Source: Octopus sinensis
Taxonomy: Eukaryota
NCBI RefSeq assembly: GCF_006345805.1
Contig: NC_042997.1
Span: 24,242,001-24,306,000, forward strand
Reading direction: 5' to 3'
DNA: 64,000 nt
Below are positions 24,367 to 37,538 of the stretch, one piece after another. Each line of letters starts with the position of its first letter. Positions within the stretch are counted from its first letter, which is position 1. The notes below the pieces were generated by a model. The model made no database searches. It saw only the letters and a program-made list of their open reading frames with translations, and was not told the origin of the DNA. Position numbers and translations under genes: made by a program.

Positions 24367-24705
24367 ATAGAGAGAGAGAGATAGAAGGTGAGAGAGAAAG
24401 AGAGAAATGATGAGAGAATGGCACATACAGTTACGTGTATGTAAATATTTAGACACATACAAAACATCAAAATAAATAAATACACGAACATATGTGTATA
24501 TATGTATAGGTACATATATATATATATATATAATCTACACACACAATGCAAGCAAACACACACACACACACGCACACACACATAGGGCAAACGCAATGAA
24601 CAATAAAAAAAATACAACCACTGAAAGTTAAAAATGAAGAAATACGGTATACATATTTCATATGTATGTATGTATGATATATGTATATATATAGATATAT
24701 ATATA

Positions 24706-24744
<39 letters not shown>

Positions 24745-24845
24745 GTGGTGTGTGTGTGTGTGTTATATAATATGTATATATATATATTAAATATATACAT
24801 ACACATATGCATTGATACATACATACATACAACATACATACATAC

Positions 24846-24911
<66 letters not shown>

Positions 24912-24940
24912 ATACACAGATATATATATGTATGTGTAAA
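24060..24940. repeat. Compound (TA)n/(CA)n/(GA)n microsatellite region
   Basis: Direct reading. Confidence 0.9.
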
Positions 24941-25099
24941 TATATGTGTGTGTTACAACAACAATCGCTGTTTCTGTTTTGTTCTCAGAATTTCTTTATC
25001 TTCTGTCATGAAGTTACAACTATATTAAAGGGAAGACGATGTTGAATCAACTATTTTTCTGCCATTTCGTTTATTATTGCTACCCATTTAGCAGAAACC

Positions 25100-25330
25100 A
25101 AATCACCACTTTCCATCTATCAAACAAGACTTCTGATATTCTTGTATATAGTACTCAGGGAAAATACTAGAATTTCTTTGTACAAAGATATTTTTTATGT
25201 GCCCTACATTTGTTTTAATTTCCTCGCACAAAATATAAAGAATCAAACCTTTTGATTTAACAACTTTTATCTTGTCGAAAGGGAGAGTTCTTCTAAATAG
25301 AATGAGAGTAGAGTTATATTTCATATATTT
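25100..25330 (-). pseudogene. Decayed PLE ORF fragment
   Basis: LCEEIKTNVGHIKNIFVQRN resembles the PLE WFNPPF..VKTNxG...KIFNRN motif with an internal deletion. Confidence 0.4.
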
Positions 25331-25506
25331 TGCACATATATCTTTTATGATATTATTGACTTCTTCTTGAAAATTCAGTTCTTATAATCTCAGTTTTTTC
25401 ATTAGAATATTGATATGAAATACATACATAATTATAGTATAACTGTCACTTTGTCGTAAATTCGAGTGATTTATAAGTTTTGTGCAATAATATTCTTTTC
25501 TACTCT

Positions 25507-25708
25507 TGGCACAAGGCCCGATATTTTTGGGGAAGGGGCCAGTCGATTAGATCGACCCCAGTAAGCAACTGGTACTTAATTTATCGACCCCGAAAAGTAT
25601 GAAGGGCAAGGTCGACATCGCCGGAATTTGAACTCATTACGTAAACACAGACGAAATACTGATAAGTATTTAGCCCGGAGTGCTAACGGTTCTGCCAGGT
25701 CCCCGCCT
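25507..25708 (-). mobile_element. SINE B variant with ...GGGCCTTGTGCC 3' end
   Basis: SINE B head and centre with a different 3' end. Confidence 0.8.
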
Positions 25709-25744
25709 CACGCATATACATATATTAATACATACATATATATG

Positions 25745-25819
<75 letters not shown>

Positions 25820-25898
25820 ATGAAAAAATATAACATACTCATGTCTTGACTTCTATTTGCTCCTGTTTGCATCGCAAGAATATGTACATATGCGTATA

Positions 25899-25937
<39 letters not shown>

Positions 25938-25968
25938 ATATATATATATATATAAATATATATAATAT

Positions 25969-26085
25969 AGGCGTGGAGTGGCTGTGTGGTAAGTAGTTGC
26001 TTATCAACCACATGATCCGGGTTCTGTGCCACTGCGTGGCACCTAAAGGCGGTGCTCCAGCACAGCCGCAGTCAAATGACTGGAA
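25969..26085 (+). mobile_element. SINE A internal-deletion derivative, about 117 bp
   Basis: The head is joined directly to AAAGGCGGTGCTCCAGC...GTCAAATGACTG. Confidence 0.85.
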
Positions 26086-26128
26086 AAAGAAATAGAACAT
26101 TATAAAGAAATAGAACATTTATATATAT

Positions 26129-26202
<74 letters not shown>

Positions 26203-26308
26203 GTTATCCGTAATAATGAAGGGTGAAATTAATTAATTTGGAAAAATTATCAATTACACAAGTAGTCTTCGGCATGTAAAGCCTCATTCGAGGAAAATTT
26301 AAGTAATA

Positions 26309-26509
26309 CTAAGCAATAAGGTTTAGCAACGAGTTGCCTTACCACATGCCGAATTAGAAATAGCAGTCAAAGGGTTATAGCTATTTCCAAATGCTGTTTT
26401 TACTGAGATCTCCCTTTTTAGTAGAAGAAATAGCTATAACCCTTTGACTGCTATTTTTCTAAATTCGGTATGTGGTAAGGCAACTCGTTGCTAAACCCTT
26501 ATTGCTTAG
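26309..26509. repeat. Fold-back with about 80-bp arms (26309-26387 and 26427-26509) between (TA)n tracts
   Basis: CTAAGCAATAAGGTTTAGCAACGAGTTGCCTTACCACAT...GGGTTATAGCTATTTC and its reverse complement. A related unfolded copy is at 8092-8180. Confidence 0.92.
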
Positions 26510-26518
26510 ATATATATA

Positions 26519-26585
<67 letters not shown>

Positions 26586-28785
26586 GAATAATATATATAT
26601 ATATATATATAATATACATATATATACATATATATATGAGAAAGAGAGAGAAAGAGAGTGTGTGTGTGTGGAAGTATTTATATGTTTGTATATAGATCGA
26701 CAGAATAAGAAGATTTAAAGAATAATTACTGAATCGAATTCTTCGACATTTGTAATAGGGACTGGATTGTCGTCGATTTTTTCCAAGCGAATCTTCATAC
26801 TCCTAAGTTAAATATATTATCGTATGCAAATTGATTTAGCTCTAGTGAAACATCTAAACATGCATTAGTTTACATCGTTTGTCATTTGTTGGTTTATAAA
26901 AGCCCGTTTAAGTTAAGGAAAGAACAAGAACGCATTAAGTTAACGGAAAACACTCAATCACATACCCATACAAAACAGAAATTCAAATTGCAAAATATCT
27001 AAATACAAGATTTAAAAGACTAAAACGAAATACTTCATGCAGAAATGACAAATGATGATATATTTGGAATGATCGCAGTCAGCCATAATATTACTTAAAC
27101 AACTAGAACATATAGTCACAATGCAGTATCTTGATAAAATAGAAGTAGCAGTCAAATCCAGTTCAAATGAGAAGCTTCTAAAAAAATCCAGACTAATATA
27201 CCGGCGTGCCAGTATCCTTTCTACTAGTGAGTCTAGTGTGTCATGAACAAAACTGCGGCGTTAAGAAGCTGTTCTCCTGTGACGAATACAATAGCCAATA
27301 GCATATTCACGTAAGAATATACCAGAACGTATTGTGAATAAATATGCAAGTCATCCTTTTCTTATAAATCCTTTGAAGCGAATTTATGATTTTATACTAT
27401 TCCAGTTGGCTACAAAAAAAAAAAAAAAAAACCGAAATAATTAGTGCTAAAAAGTGTTCAAGTGAGTTTCTGACAAATCTAAAATGATAATCGGTTGAAA
27501 AATGGGAGTAGGATGATAATTTATAGTTAAAATGAGGGCAAGCAAAAACTTATCCACCTTTTTGTTTTCGAATGAAAGTAGTTTTTATGAGGAGCCCAGT
27601 GTAATTCTAGTATTTTAGCACTTAATTTCTCGATTTCAGTGAAAAAAGCAGCAAGGTAGAAATTTTCAACACTGCTATGAGGAGAAAATAGTAATATATA
27701 TACTTTTTTAAACTAAATATTTAAACTGATAAGTAACTGGAAATTCTATATCCATAAATTTTTATTGTTTTCATATATAGATATTTTCGAGTAGTCCTAT
27801 GTATGTATTGGAGTATATAAGCAGTTTTAAAAAATTCAGGAAAAATATAGATAACCCTTTTAGATTGAAGATTATAGAAAACCGCCTGAACCTTAAACAA
27901 AATGTGTGTCACCATGTGTTCCTATGTGATCAAACATATTTTATACAACTGGAAATTTTCAGTCCCACAGAACTAGCACGATTGCTAACCCTAACCCTAA
28001 CCCCAAACCTATTTTTCACTTCTACATTAGCATTTTCTTTGTGAATTTTACTCGTCTTTTTATACTTCTACACTACCTGTCCATATCATATACGCTATTA
28101 GGGAAACACTGATGGAAATACATAATATCGTACACTCATTTGTGTACGATCACATGAATGTAATTATAGATGTACAGATGTATGCGTGTGAGCAACAGTG
28201 AGCCTGTATGAGAAGTGTGCATGTGTTAAGTGAATATATTTACATACGCAATTGCATATTTAGAAGCGTAAGTAATTATGATCGCTCGCGTACATGTGCA
28301 GTTAGGTTTGTGCATACATGTATATGTGTGAGTGTATAAACAACACTTTGCTCATTCACTTCATTTTCCTGTAATTGAATTATAAAGACATGCTATTTTC
28401 AGAAGACAATTATTGACAATTCAAGGCAATTAACCTGACCTACTGAACGCCTAAATTATTCCACACCACACAGATATTCATCTGTTCTTCTAACTATCGA
28501 ATTTTATTATGTCTCAAATTAACCGGTAGCCATTTGTGGCTTGCAACATGAGGATACGCTTAATCCAAACATAACTTAGTTTAACCATTAAACTCGAATA
28601 ATTGCTAGTGATACTCGTTATAAATATAAGTATTTGTTTTGCATGATTCTTGATGTGAAAACGTGTGTTGAAACAAATATTCTTATACTTGGAGATGGTC
28701 ATATTTTGCCAATTAAACCAAACATACGCACAATTCATTCGATCTTCAATGTTGTTTTATTATTATTATTGTTAATTTTTTGTCT

Positions 28786-28828
28786 GTCGAAGATTTTTCG
28801 CCACACATTCTATGACTTCTTCAACGAC
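28786..28828 (-). ncRNA. Minimal type-I hammerhead-like motif (UUGAAGA core)
   Basis: GTCG-TTGAAGA-A-GTCAT/AGAATGT/GTGGC-GAAA-AATCTT-CGAC: 4-bp helix I, 5-bp helix II with GU pairs, near-palindromic helix III. Confidence 0.4.
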
Positions 28829-29001
28829 TCTCTGTTCGATGTGTATCCTCTTCTAGTCTATTTCACTTTGTTTTTCTGTGGTATGTTAGCTCTCTCTCTC
28901 TCTCTCTCTCTCCCTCTCTTTCTGTATATCTATATATCTATATGTATATATATGTATATATTATATATATATATATATATATGTACATACATATACATTC
29001 A

Positions 29002-29032
<31 letters not shown>

Positions 29033-29061
29033 GATATACATATATATATTATATATATTAT

Positions 29062-29092
<31 letters not shown>

Positions 29093-29354
29093 ATATATAT
29101 ATATATATATCATATATAATATATCCATCTGTGTATCTACTTAACGTATGTACATCCATACTATGGGTTTTGTCTCATATAAATACTTATCTGAGAATAC
29201 ATCGTGTTAGAAACATCTATGGAAGCGTGCGAACGTTGTTCCGGCAGTGAATACCGAGAACACACCACACACTTTAAGAAATATTAGTTGTAATTGAGTA
29301 CCTAACTGATAGAGAACTGAGTATGCTTCTCTGTCCAAGGTGTGTGGTATGTAT

Positions 29355-29385
<31 letters not shown>

Positions 29386-30446
29386 TATATATACATACAC
29401 ACACACTTGGACAGAGAAACATATATATATATGGAACTTACTTGGAAATGTTCAAGTAAATACTTCATGGCGAAACACATGTGTGTGTGTGTGTGTGTAT
29501 GTATGTTTATGTGTCATTATCAGTCTTTGAACTCAAGCTTCACTCACTATGGAGAGATAAAATATGTTGCCAGTGAATTTAAACTTTCTTTTCTACAACC
29601 CAGCATAAGAAATCTTTAATTTAATTCGGAGATATTAAAACATTATTTTACTACTAGTTATTTATTTTATTTTTTTCTGTTCTGTGCGTTTACTATCAAA
29701 TTGAACAAAGGAAAAAAGAAAGAAAGTATAAGATTATATTAGCAGACAGAGAATGAGCGAAAGAGAAAGAGAGAGAAAGCGATTACTGAATAGAACAAAT
29801 AAAGTCGCATATTTTTAACAACAAACGCATATTTACCTTTAAATTCGAAGTCCGTATCACTCATATACGTTTATAAATGGCCTTTGTTTTCATAGTGTAT
29901 TTGGTGACTAATAACTATGATACTCGGTGACGTTCTATCAGAAAAAATATTAATGTCTCAGTGAACAACTGTTAATAGTGTTCAAGTTTTATTTAATTAT
30001 TTGAAAAGATAATTGAATTTTACGGTGCGATAAATTTACATTGTTTTCGATATTGGTTTTAACTGAACTTAACACATATATTTGTTCAGTTTGTTTAAAT
30101 AAAAAAACAACAACGAAACAAAAGAAAATACAAGAGAAATAAAACAAATCATGGAAAGTTTTGTTTGATATGAACTCTAGCAATGTTTCCTAAATCATCA
30201 GTTTTATTATAACAATTCTCTCCACAAACACTAAATTCTCTCTTGAAATTTTATTTTTTTTTCCGTTTGTTTATTTTTTGTATTCTACGATATGATTAGT
30301 TCTACATTAAAAACTTTTGAATATCTTTTAGTAAATAGTTGTATTGTTATTCTTACTGTTGCTATGGCTTTTATTCCTGCTGTTCCTGTTGTTTTTGTTG
30401 TTTTTGCTGTGGTCGTTGCTATTGTTTTTTTATTATCATCATATGT

Positions 30447-30855
30447 AGGCGTAGGAGTGGCTGTGTGGTAAGTAGCTTGCTTACCAACCACATAGTTCCG
30501 GGTTCAGTCCCACTGCGTGGCGCCTTGGGCAAGTGTCTTCTACTATAGCCTCGGGCCGACCAAAGTCTTGTGAGTAGATTTGGGAGACGGAAACTGAAAG
30601 AAGCCCGTCGTATATGTGTGTGTATGTTTGTATGTGAATATGTTTGTGTGTCTGTGTTTGTCCTCCCAACATCGCTTGACAACCGATGCTGGTGTGTTTA
30701 CGTCCCCGTAATTTAGCGGTTCGGCGAAAGAGACCGATGGAATAAGCACTAGGCTTACAAAGAATAAGTCATGGGGTCGATTTGCTCGACTAAAAGGCGG
30801 TGCTCCAGCATGGCCACAGTCAAATGACTGAAACAAGTAAAAGAGAAAAGAGAGT
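30447..30855 (+). mobile_element. SINE A, full length
   Basis: Head to tail. Confidence 0.92.
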
Positions 30856-31666
30856 ATCCTCACCATCCTTACTAAACACCGTATTATTTTTCTCCTCATT
30901 TTCCTAATCCACCTTCTTTTCATTTTCTCCTCCTCCTCCCCTCCTCCCCTCCTCCTCCTCTTCTTCGTTGTTGTTGTTATCATTATCATTGGTTGAGCGT
31001 TTTAAGACATTCTGTTTCGACCTTCTGCTTACCGAGTTCAAAATCGCGCTGAGATTGATGTGAGGAATCAATATTATAGACAACACATCAAATGAAACCA
31101 ATATTTATTTACCGAAGATAAAAGAAACAATTATTGATTTCTGAGAGTATTGGCACAAGGCTAAGCATTTTAAGGCAAGGGATATAGACATTTGAATTTC
31201 ATTTTGCTACTTCCATCGTAGTTCATGTATGTCACTACTTTATCGATCATGTAACGATAAAAGTATATGTAAAACTCATAGAAATTTAAGGTCAGTGTAT
31301 TCTAGGACGGATCTAATTGCTGAATGGTATTTATTCTGATTTTGTTGCTTTGCTGTCTTTTCGAAACACTCAAAGAAACCTGTATGATAGACATAGCAAA
31401 GCTACCGGTGACATTGAACTGCAAATCTAAACACATTTTGATATTTAATTTTGTCTGTTTTTCTTGTTATATTTCGATTTTTTTTTCCCAAATAAGGCTT
31501 GAGGCCATTGTAGCGTAAAGACGTAGCGTAGCAGAGCATTGTAGCGTAGGATAAAAATGGAAAAGAAAGGCCTAAAAATTCAAATGTTGTCGACACAAAG
31601 CATACACACAGACACACAGACACACGCACTGGTAGATCGATCGATAAAAAAGATAGTAGAAATATA

Positions 31667-31891
31667 TTTTTTTTACTACCCAGAAGGGGCTAAATACAGA
31701 GGGGACAAACAAGGACAGACAATGGGATTAAGTCGATTACATCGATCCCAGTACGTAACTGGTACTTAATTTATCGATCCCGATAGGATGAAAGGCAAAG
31801 TCGACCTCGGCGGAATTTGAACCCGGCACGTAACGACAGACGAAATACGGCAACGCATTTCGCCCGGCGTGCTAACGTTTCTGCCAGCTCG
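31667..31891 (-). mobile_element. SINE B
   Basis: Head to tail on the minus strand. Confidence 0.88.
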
Positions 31892-32553
31892 TAGATATAG
31901 ATACAATTATAGGCAAGGAGAATGGATTGAGTAAGCTCTTTTATTACGATAATTAACAATTGTTTCATCTAAATTCAATCTCACGAATATTACTGTATTG
32001 CTATAATTCGAGGAGTCATTGTTACGTATTGAAGTTTGACTTTTCGGAATTATGCATAAAACTTCCCTGGATCTAACTTTATATGTATAACTTCAATAAA
32101 TCAAACCTATATTTCCTGTGGACATATGGCAAGTCATCAGAATTCTTATCCTTTCGACTACTATACTCTATTTACTCGCTCACCTGTTATATGACCCGCT
32201 ACCTTTAAAATTGTGTATAATTTTATACTTCTGCCTAGTAAAATATAGTCTCAGATATCACAAAATAAATAATAATTATGAATTGAAACCGTGTCCTTAT
32301 CTGTTAAATTTCCTCTACTTATTGACACTGATGATCAGTTAGAAATAAGATCCGAGATATTCAATCTTAATCAGCAGACGTTTCACTTATTTCTTTTCTG
32401 CTTTCTTCCTTTCTTTGTTATTTTCTCCTTTTACTTTCTCACTTTATTTCCTAACATCTATACTTTACTTTCTTGTTTTCATTATTTTAATGTAATTCTT
32501 GATGTAGTTACTATCGGTGCCTTTACTTGTATATCATATATATATATATATAT

Positions 32554-32929
32554 ATACTCTTTACTCTTTTACTCTTTTACTTGTTTCAGTCATTTGACTG
32601 CGGCCATGCTGGAGCACCGCCTTTTAGTACTTATTCTATCGGTCTCTTTTTGCCGAACCGCTAAGTGACGGGGACCTAAACACACCAGCATCGGTTGTCA
32701 AGCAATGCTAGGGGGACAAACACAGACACACAAACACACACACATATACATATATATACATATAACGACAGGCTTCTTTCAGTTTCCGTCTACCAAATCC
32801 ACTCACAAGGCATTGGTCGGCCCGGGGCTATAGCAGAAGACACTTGCCCAAGATGCCACGCAGTGGGACTGAACCCGCAACCGTGTGGTTGGTTAGCAAG
32901 CTACTTACCACACAGCCACCTCTGCGCCT
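32554..32929 (-). mobile_element. SINE A (internal deletion)
   Basis: Head and tail present. Confidence 0.9.
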
Positions 32930-33619
32930 ATATATCTTCCTCTCTCTCTCTCGTTCACTCTTCCCTTATATATATATATATATATAATATATATATACGT
33001 GGGTGTGTGTGTGACCAGTGATGTGTAGCAACATCTGATAGCCTGGTCGGTCACGGTGATCACGGTGATATATTGATTAGTGGTGGATGGTTTCATATTT
33101 AATTGTCGTTTATGGATCTCTTCACTTTCGCTCACAGAGTTTTTAATTCTTCTTTTTTTTACGAGTGGTGAGAATGCAAATGTACAACGAGGCGATCGAA
33201 AAGTAAAAAAACCAAAAAAATGCATGTAATATGCAACAAGGGGCGGAAAAATATAAAGTAGAACAGAGCGGTGACATTTAATAGAGAAAACCTGGAAGTT
33301 GTTGCTCTTCGTTTACTATCACAAACAACAGTAGCTTTCTTCAGCGGAATGCACGTCGTTGAATGGTTAAAATTACCCAAATACGACAACCTTAACACGA
33401 AATAATTTCTAAAATACGAAATTTTGTCAAAAAATGTCGAAAATAAACCGTGTTCAGTGTGAGAAATTACACCAGTATACGAAGTTTCAAATTGTTTTGT
33501 TACGAGCGAAACTAACGAGATCCTGGTTTATGTTTATTAATGAACTGTATTTATTTATTTTTTGTTGATGGGTGAAAGAGCACTTGTAGAAGGGAAGCTT
33601 TTTAAGTTAGGTAAGTTCA

Positions 33620-34480
33620 TTTGTGCACAAACTGCAATATAATTACTTAAGTGAACTTTCCTTGTATTTTCGAGTCAGGTTTGTTGGTGGTGAGTCGTCA
33701 TTCATTTGCGTAATGACGCACCCGTCTGTCCTATGTGATTTTGTTGACACCCACTGTATGTAATTACATAGATTAAATTTTCTGAGTTGCAGCTGAAGTT
33801 GAGTTTTACTTTGAATGTTTACCACCTTTAAATTTGAATTCTGGCCCTTCAGTTACAAATAAACATGTACCACAATATTTTCTCTACATTTTGCCATATC
33901 TGGATTGTGTGTTTTTGCTCCAGTGGGTTTGTGTTTTGCTGTTTAGGGCTACCTTTGGCTTCTGATGATTTGCTGTCTTTGCTATCTTTCCTTTCATTTT
34001 TTCACCTTCAAATAGAATGGGGAAGGCTTTAGTGAATCTGGTCAAATACTTCAGTGTTTTGGAGGTTTAAAGTTGACAGATGTGGTTAAACATTGTTTCT
34101 TTGTTTTGTTTTTTGTTTTCTTTAGTTCTATGATATCAATAAATTTGCCTTTTTAAACCCATTGCTTATTATGCCAAGCGGCAATGCTCTTTAGATAAGC
34201 ATGTTCTTCAGTTCCTCCAGTCATTGTTCACGTTCAGATAACTCTGATACTATTGTGTGTATTTGCTTTGATAGGTTAAATGGAATATTCAATTTATTGT
34301 GTTTTTAGTGACATCATGGGAAAAGACGCTAGAGCTTGGAATTCGTGGGTTTATGGAACGTGTCATGTTTTGGCAATTTTATCTTCCTTTTGTCTTTTCA
34401 AGGTTGCTTACTTCGAATTTGTATTGAATTTGAATTTGAATTGCCAGAGAGACTTTTGTGTGAACTGCACAACTAGCAAG
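33620..34480 (-). pseudogene. Penelope-like element: RT C-terminus plus GIY-YIG endonuclease, decayed
   Basis: KPTNSKL*RLFP*CH*KHNKLNIPFNLSKQIHTIVSE...LEELKNML...IISNGFKKA (RT thumb), then FSCNSENLIYVITYSGCQQNHIGQTGASLRK*MTTH (GIY-YIG). Contains in-frame stops. Confidence 0.8.
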
Positions 34481-34576
34481 GGTGGCTATCGGAGAAACTG
34501 AGGGCATGATTGAGAGGGCCACTATGAATAGCAGTGGCCTGAAAACAGTTGCCCTGTAGAATATATATATATATTG

Positions 34577-34620
<44 letters not shown>

Positions 34621-34838
34621 ATTTATATATATATATATATATATTGTATATATATATATATATATAATATATATTATATATATATATAATATATATATAT
34701 ATATCGTTGACTTGTTTATATAGCGGTTCGTAAAGAAAAAGACAAAAAGAATAAATACCAAATTTTTAAAATATTAGTACTGGTGTCGATTCATTCAAGT
34801 AAAAAATTATTCAAGGCGGTGCACCAGCATGGCCATGG

Positions 34839-34905
<67 letters not shown>

Positions 34906-34921
34906 GCACGTATGTATGTGA

Positions 34922-34960
<39 letters not shown>

Positions 34961-35668
34961 AGAAAATAAAAAATATCAGAAAGTGATGTCAGAATATTCA
35001 CTATAAATTACCTCACCATCTAAAATAAATTGCAACAGGATATTAGTTATACAAAATGCGTTGGTAGTAAATTTCATTGTCACACAAGAATAAAAAAAAT
35101 CTCACTTAAAATATATAAATCACGGCTAAGTTTTACGTGTAATTGTCATTATTATGCTCTAGTTTCGGAAACTTTATGTTTCGGAAAACAAAACCCACCT
35201 GCTTCTAATAATTAAATAATAAAACATTTTACTATTAAGAAAAAAAAGAAAAAGAAAAAAAGAAAATGACATAAAAAAAAGAAAAGAACAGAATATACGT
35301 TCTAATTAATCACGAGAAAGATATTCTGAGACGTTTTTTGCGTCTTTGACATATATATATTTTCCTACATTATTGTATATTTATATGGAAACTTTTATTT
35401 TAAAACCTTCTAATGAGAAATGTTATTCTGAATATCATGAGATATCTAGTTTCTTTTGACTTTCGAACAGTCCTTAGTTTATCGACTTTGATTGAAAGAA
35501 ACAATAAACGAGATCCTAAGATTAGAACAAGTATAATGAATAGGATGAGAATGGATTGTAAGGAACAGTCTGAAGCGTTGCAATTTACAAAAACTCGGTT
35601 TTTGCAGAGATAATATTTATGGTGTCTAGCACGCTTCTCCCTACCTCTTAAGGTAGGCATACACCTCT

Positions 35669-36092
35669 GGCGGTGACTGGCAGAAACGTTAGCACGGCGG
35701 GCGAAATGCTTAGTGGTATTTCGTCTGCCGCAACGTACTGAGTTCAAATTCCGCCGAGGTCGACTTTGCCTTTCATCCTATCGGGGTCGATTAAATAAGT
35801 ACCAGTTACGCACTGGGCTCGATATAATCGACTTAATCCGTTTGTCTGTCCTTGTTTGTCCCGTCTGTGTTTAGCCCCTTGTGGGTAATAAAGATATAGA
35901 AATAGGCATTTCGTCTGCTGCTACGTCCTGAGTTCAAATTCCGCCGAGGTCGACTTTCCCTTTCATCCTTTCGGGATTGATTAAATAAGTACCAGTTACG
36001 CACTGGGCTCGATATAATCGACTTAATCCGTTTGTCTGTCCTTGTTTGTCCTCTCTATGTTTAGCCCCTTGTGGGTAGTAAAGAAATAGGTA
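35669..36092 (+). mobile_element. SINE B tandem: full copy plus headless unit
   Basis: The second unit starts at GGCATTTCGTCTG directly after GAAATA. Confidence 0.88.
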
Positions 36093-37354
36093 GACATACA
36101 TCTTTGACTCTCACCCTTCTACTAAATCTTTCATGGGCTGGTACATACTCAGCTGGTGGCCTAACGTATATGAATGGTTGTATTGATACTGCACCTCTAA
36201 GCGGGTGGAGGAGTTACGGCAACGGCCAACGGAAGAGGTGTCTCAATAAGACCAACAACTATGAGTCCGTTTGTTATGCTTGTGTATTATGACTATCATG
36301 ACGGAATATTTATTTAATGATTTACTGTTTTCAGATCGAATCGAAGTCATGTTAGAGAAGCACTCTGTCATGTGCCTGAAATGAATAATTCTTTTCTTTT
36401 ATTTATGCATGAGTAAGACATGGGGAGACACAGGTTCCTTCCGCCGTGGCACGCACTTTTGACAAGGCATTTCATTTCATGTTGTTCCAACACTCTCCGT
36501 TGAAAACGAGTACTTGTGGCACCTGGAATTTAATTCTGCGATTCTACCACATATTATTATCCCTTTCAGGGTAGGAGCATTGCATTCTCAGGCTAAATGT
36601 CCTTGACAATCTCAATAAATTCCCGCAAACTTTACAAAAGCCATGGGAAAACCAACAGACACCATTACCATTTCAATCCCACCGAAGCTTGTGGCATCAG
36701 TCAGTATGCAGGATCTAGTCCTAAATGCATATAGTAGGAAAATCTGATAAATTCAACCAAGGACCAGATGGTACATAGGAACAAAAAGACGATACTTAGG
36801 TGAAATATGATATAATTTTGAATCTGGAAAACACCAGCATGTTAAAAATGAAAAAAAAAAAAAAAAAGAAAAACCCGAAACAGAACACGATAAAAATACT
36901 CTCTGCCCCAGCAGAAATATGATCAACTCGTGAACCATTTCTCTTTGTCTCTCTCTCTCTTTCTCTAATACTTTCTAACAGTGCACTTTCTTTTGTTTTG
37001 TTATTATTTTTAAAGATCGATTATTCGATTCGACTATATTACAGCATCCATACATATGTACACACACATATACACACACATCTAAATACATATATATAAG
37101 TATATATTGTCTTTAAATAAAACCCTTGATTCAATAACACTGTGTATAAACTCTAAACTTGGAACGACCAAATTTAAATACTATTGGATTTTACTCATAA
37201 GATATTGAAATTTTATATGTATATAATTCTGCCTAAATAATTGATCTACAAATAAAATATCCATACATATCTCACATCTATTTTCATTCATCCACCTCAC
37301 TCTCTTTTTCGTATCTTATCTAAATTAACAATTGCTTAACCATCTTCTCACACC

Positions 37355-37402
37355 GTCTCCGAAGAAGTGATATAATAAATATCCTAGAAACAGCTGTAAG
37401 AC
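37355..37402 (+). ncRNA. Minimal type-I hammerhead-like motif (CCGAAGA core, GUA site)
   Basis: GTCT-CCGAAGA-A-GTGATA/TAATAAA/TATCCT-A-GAAA-CAGCTGTA-AGAC: helix I GTCT/AGAC, palindromic helix III ACAGCTGT, imperfect helix II. Confidence 0.6.
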
Positions 37403-37494
37403 CTTCTATCTATAATGTTCTAAAATCTACACATCCTTGATTTTTTTATCTCATTACGGAAAAACGTTTTTTATATACGTATATATATATATAT

Positions 37495-37528
<34 letters not shown>

Positions 37529-37538
37529 ATATATATAT

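Noticed and set aside
27985-28003. (CTAACC)3 telomere-like hexamers, also 58753-58768
   Set aside because: Only 2-3 units; too short to call an interstitial telomere, and such runs are common inside small non-autonomous elements.
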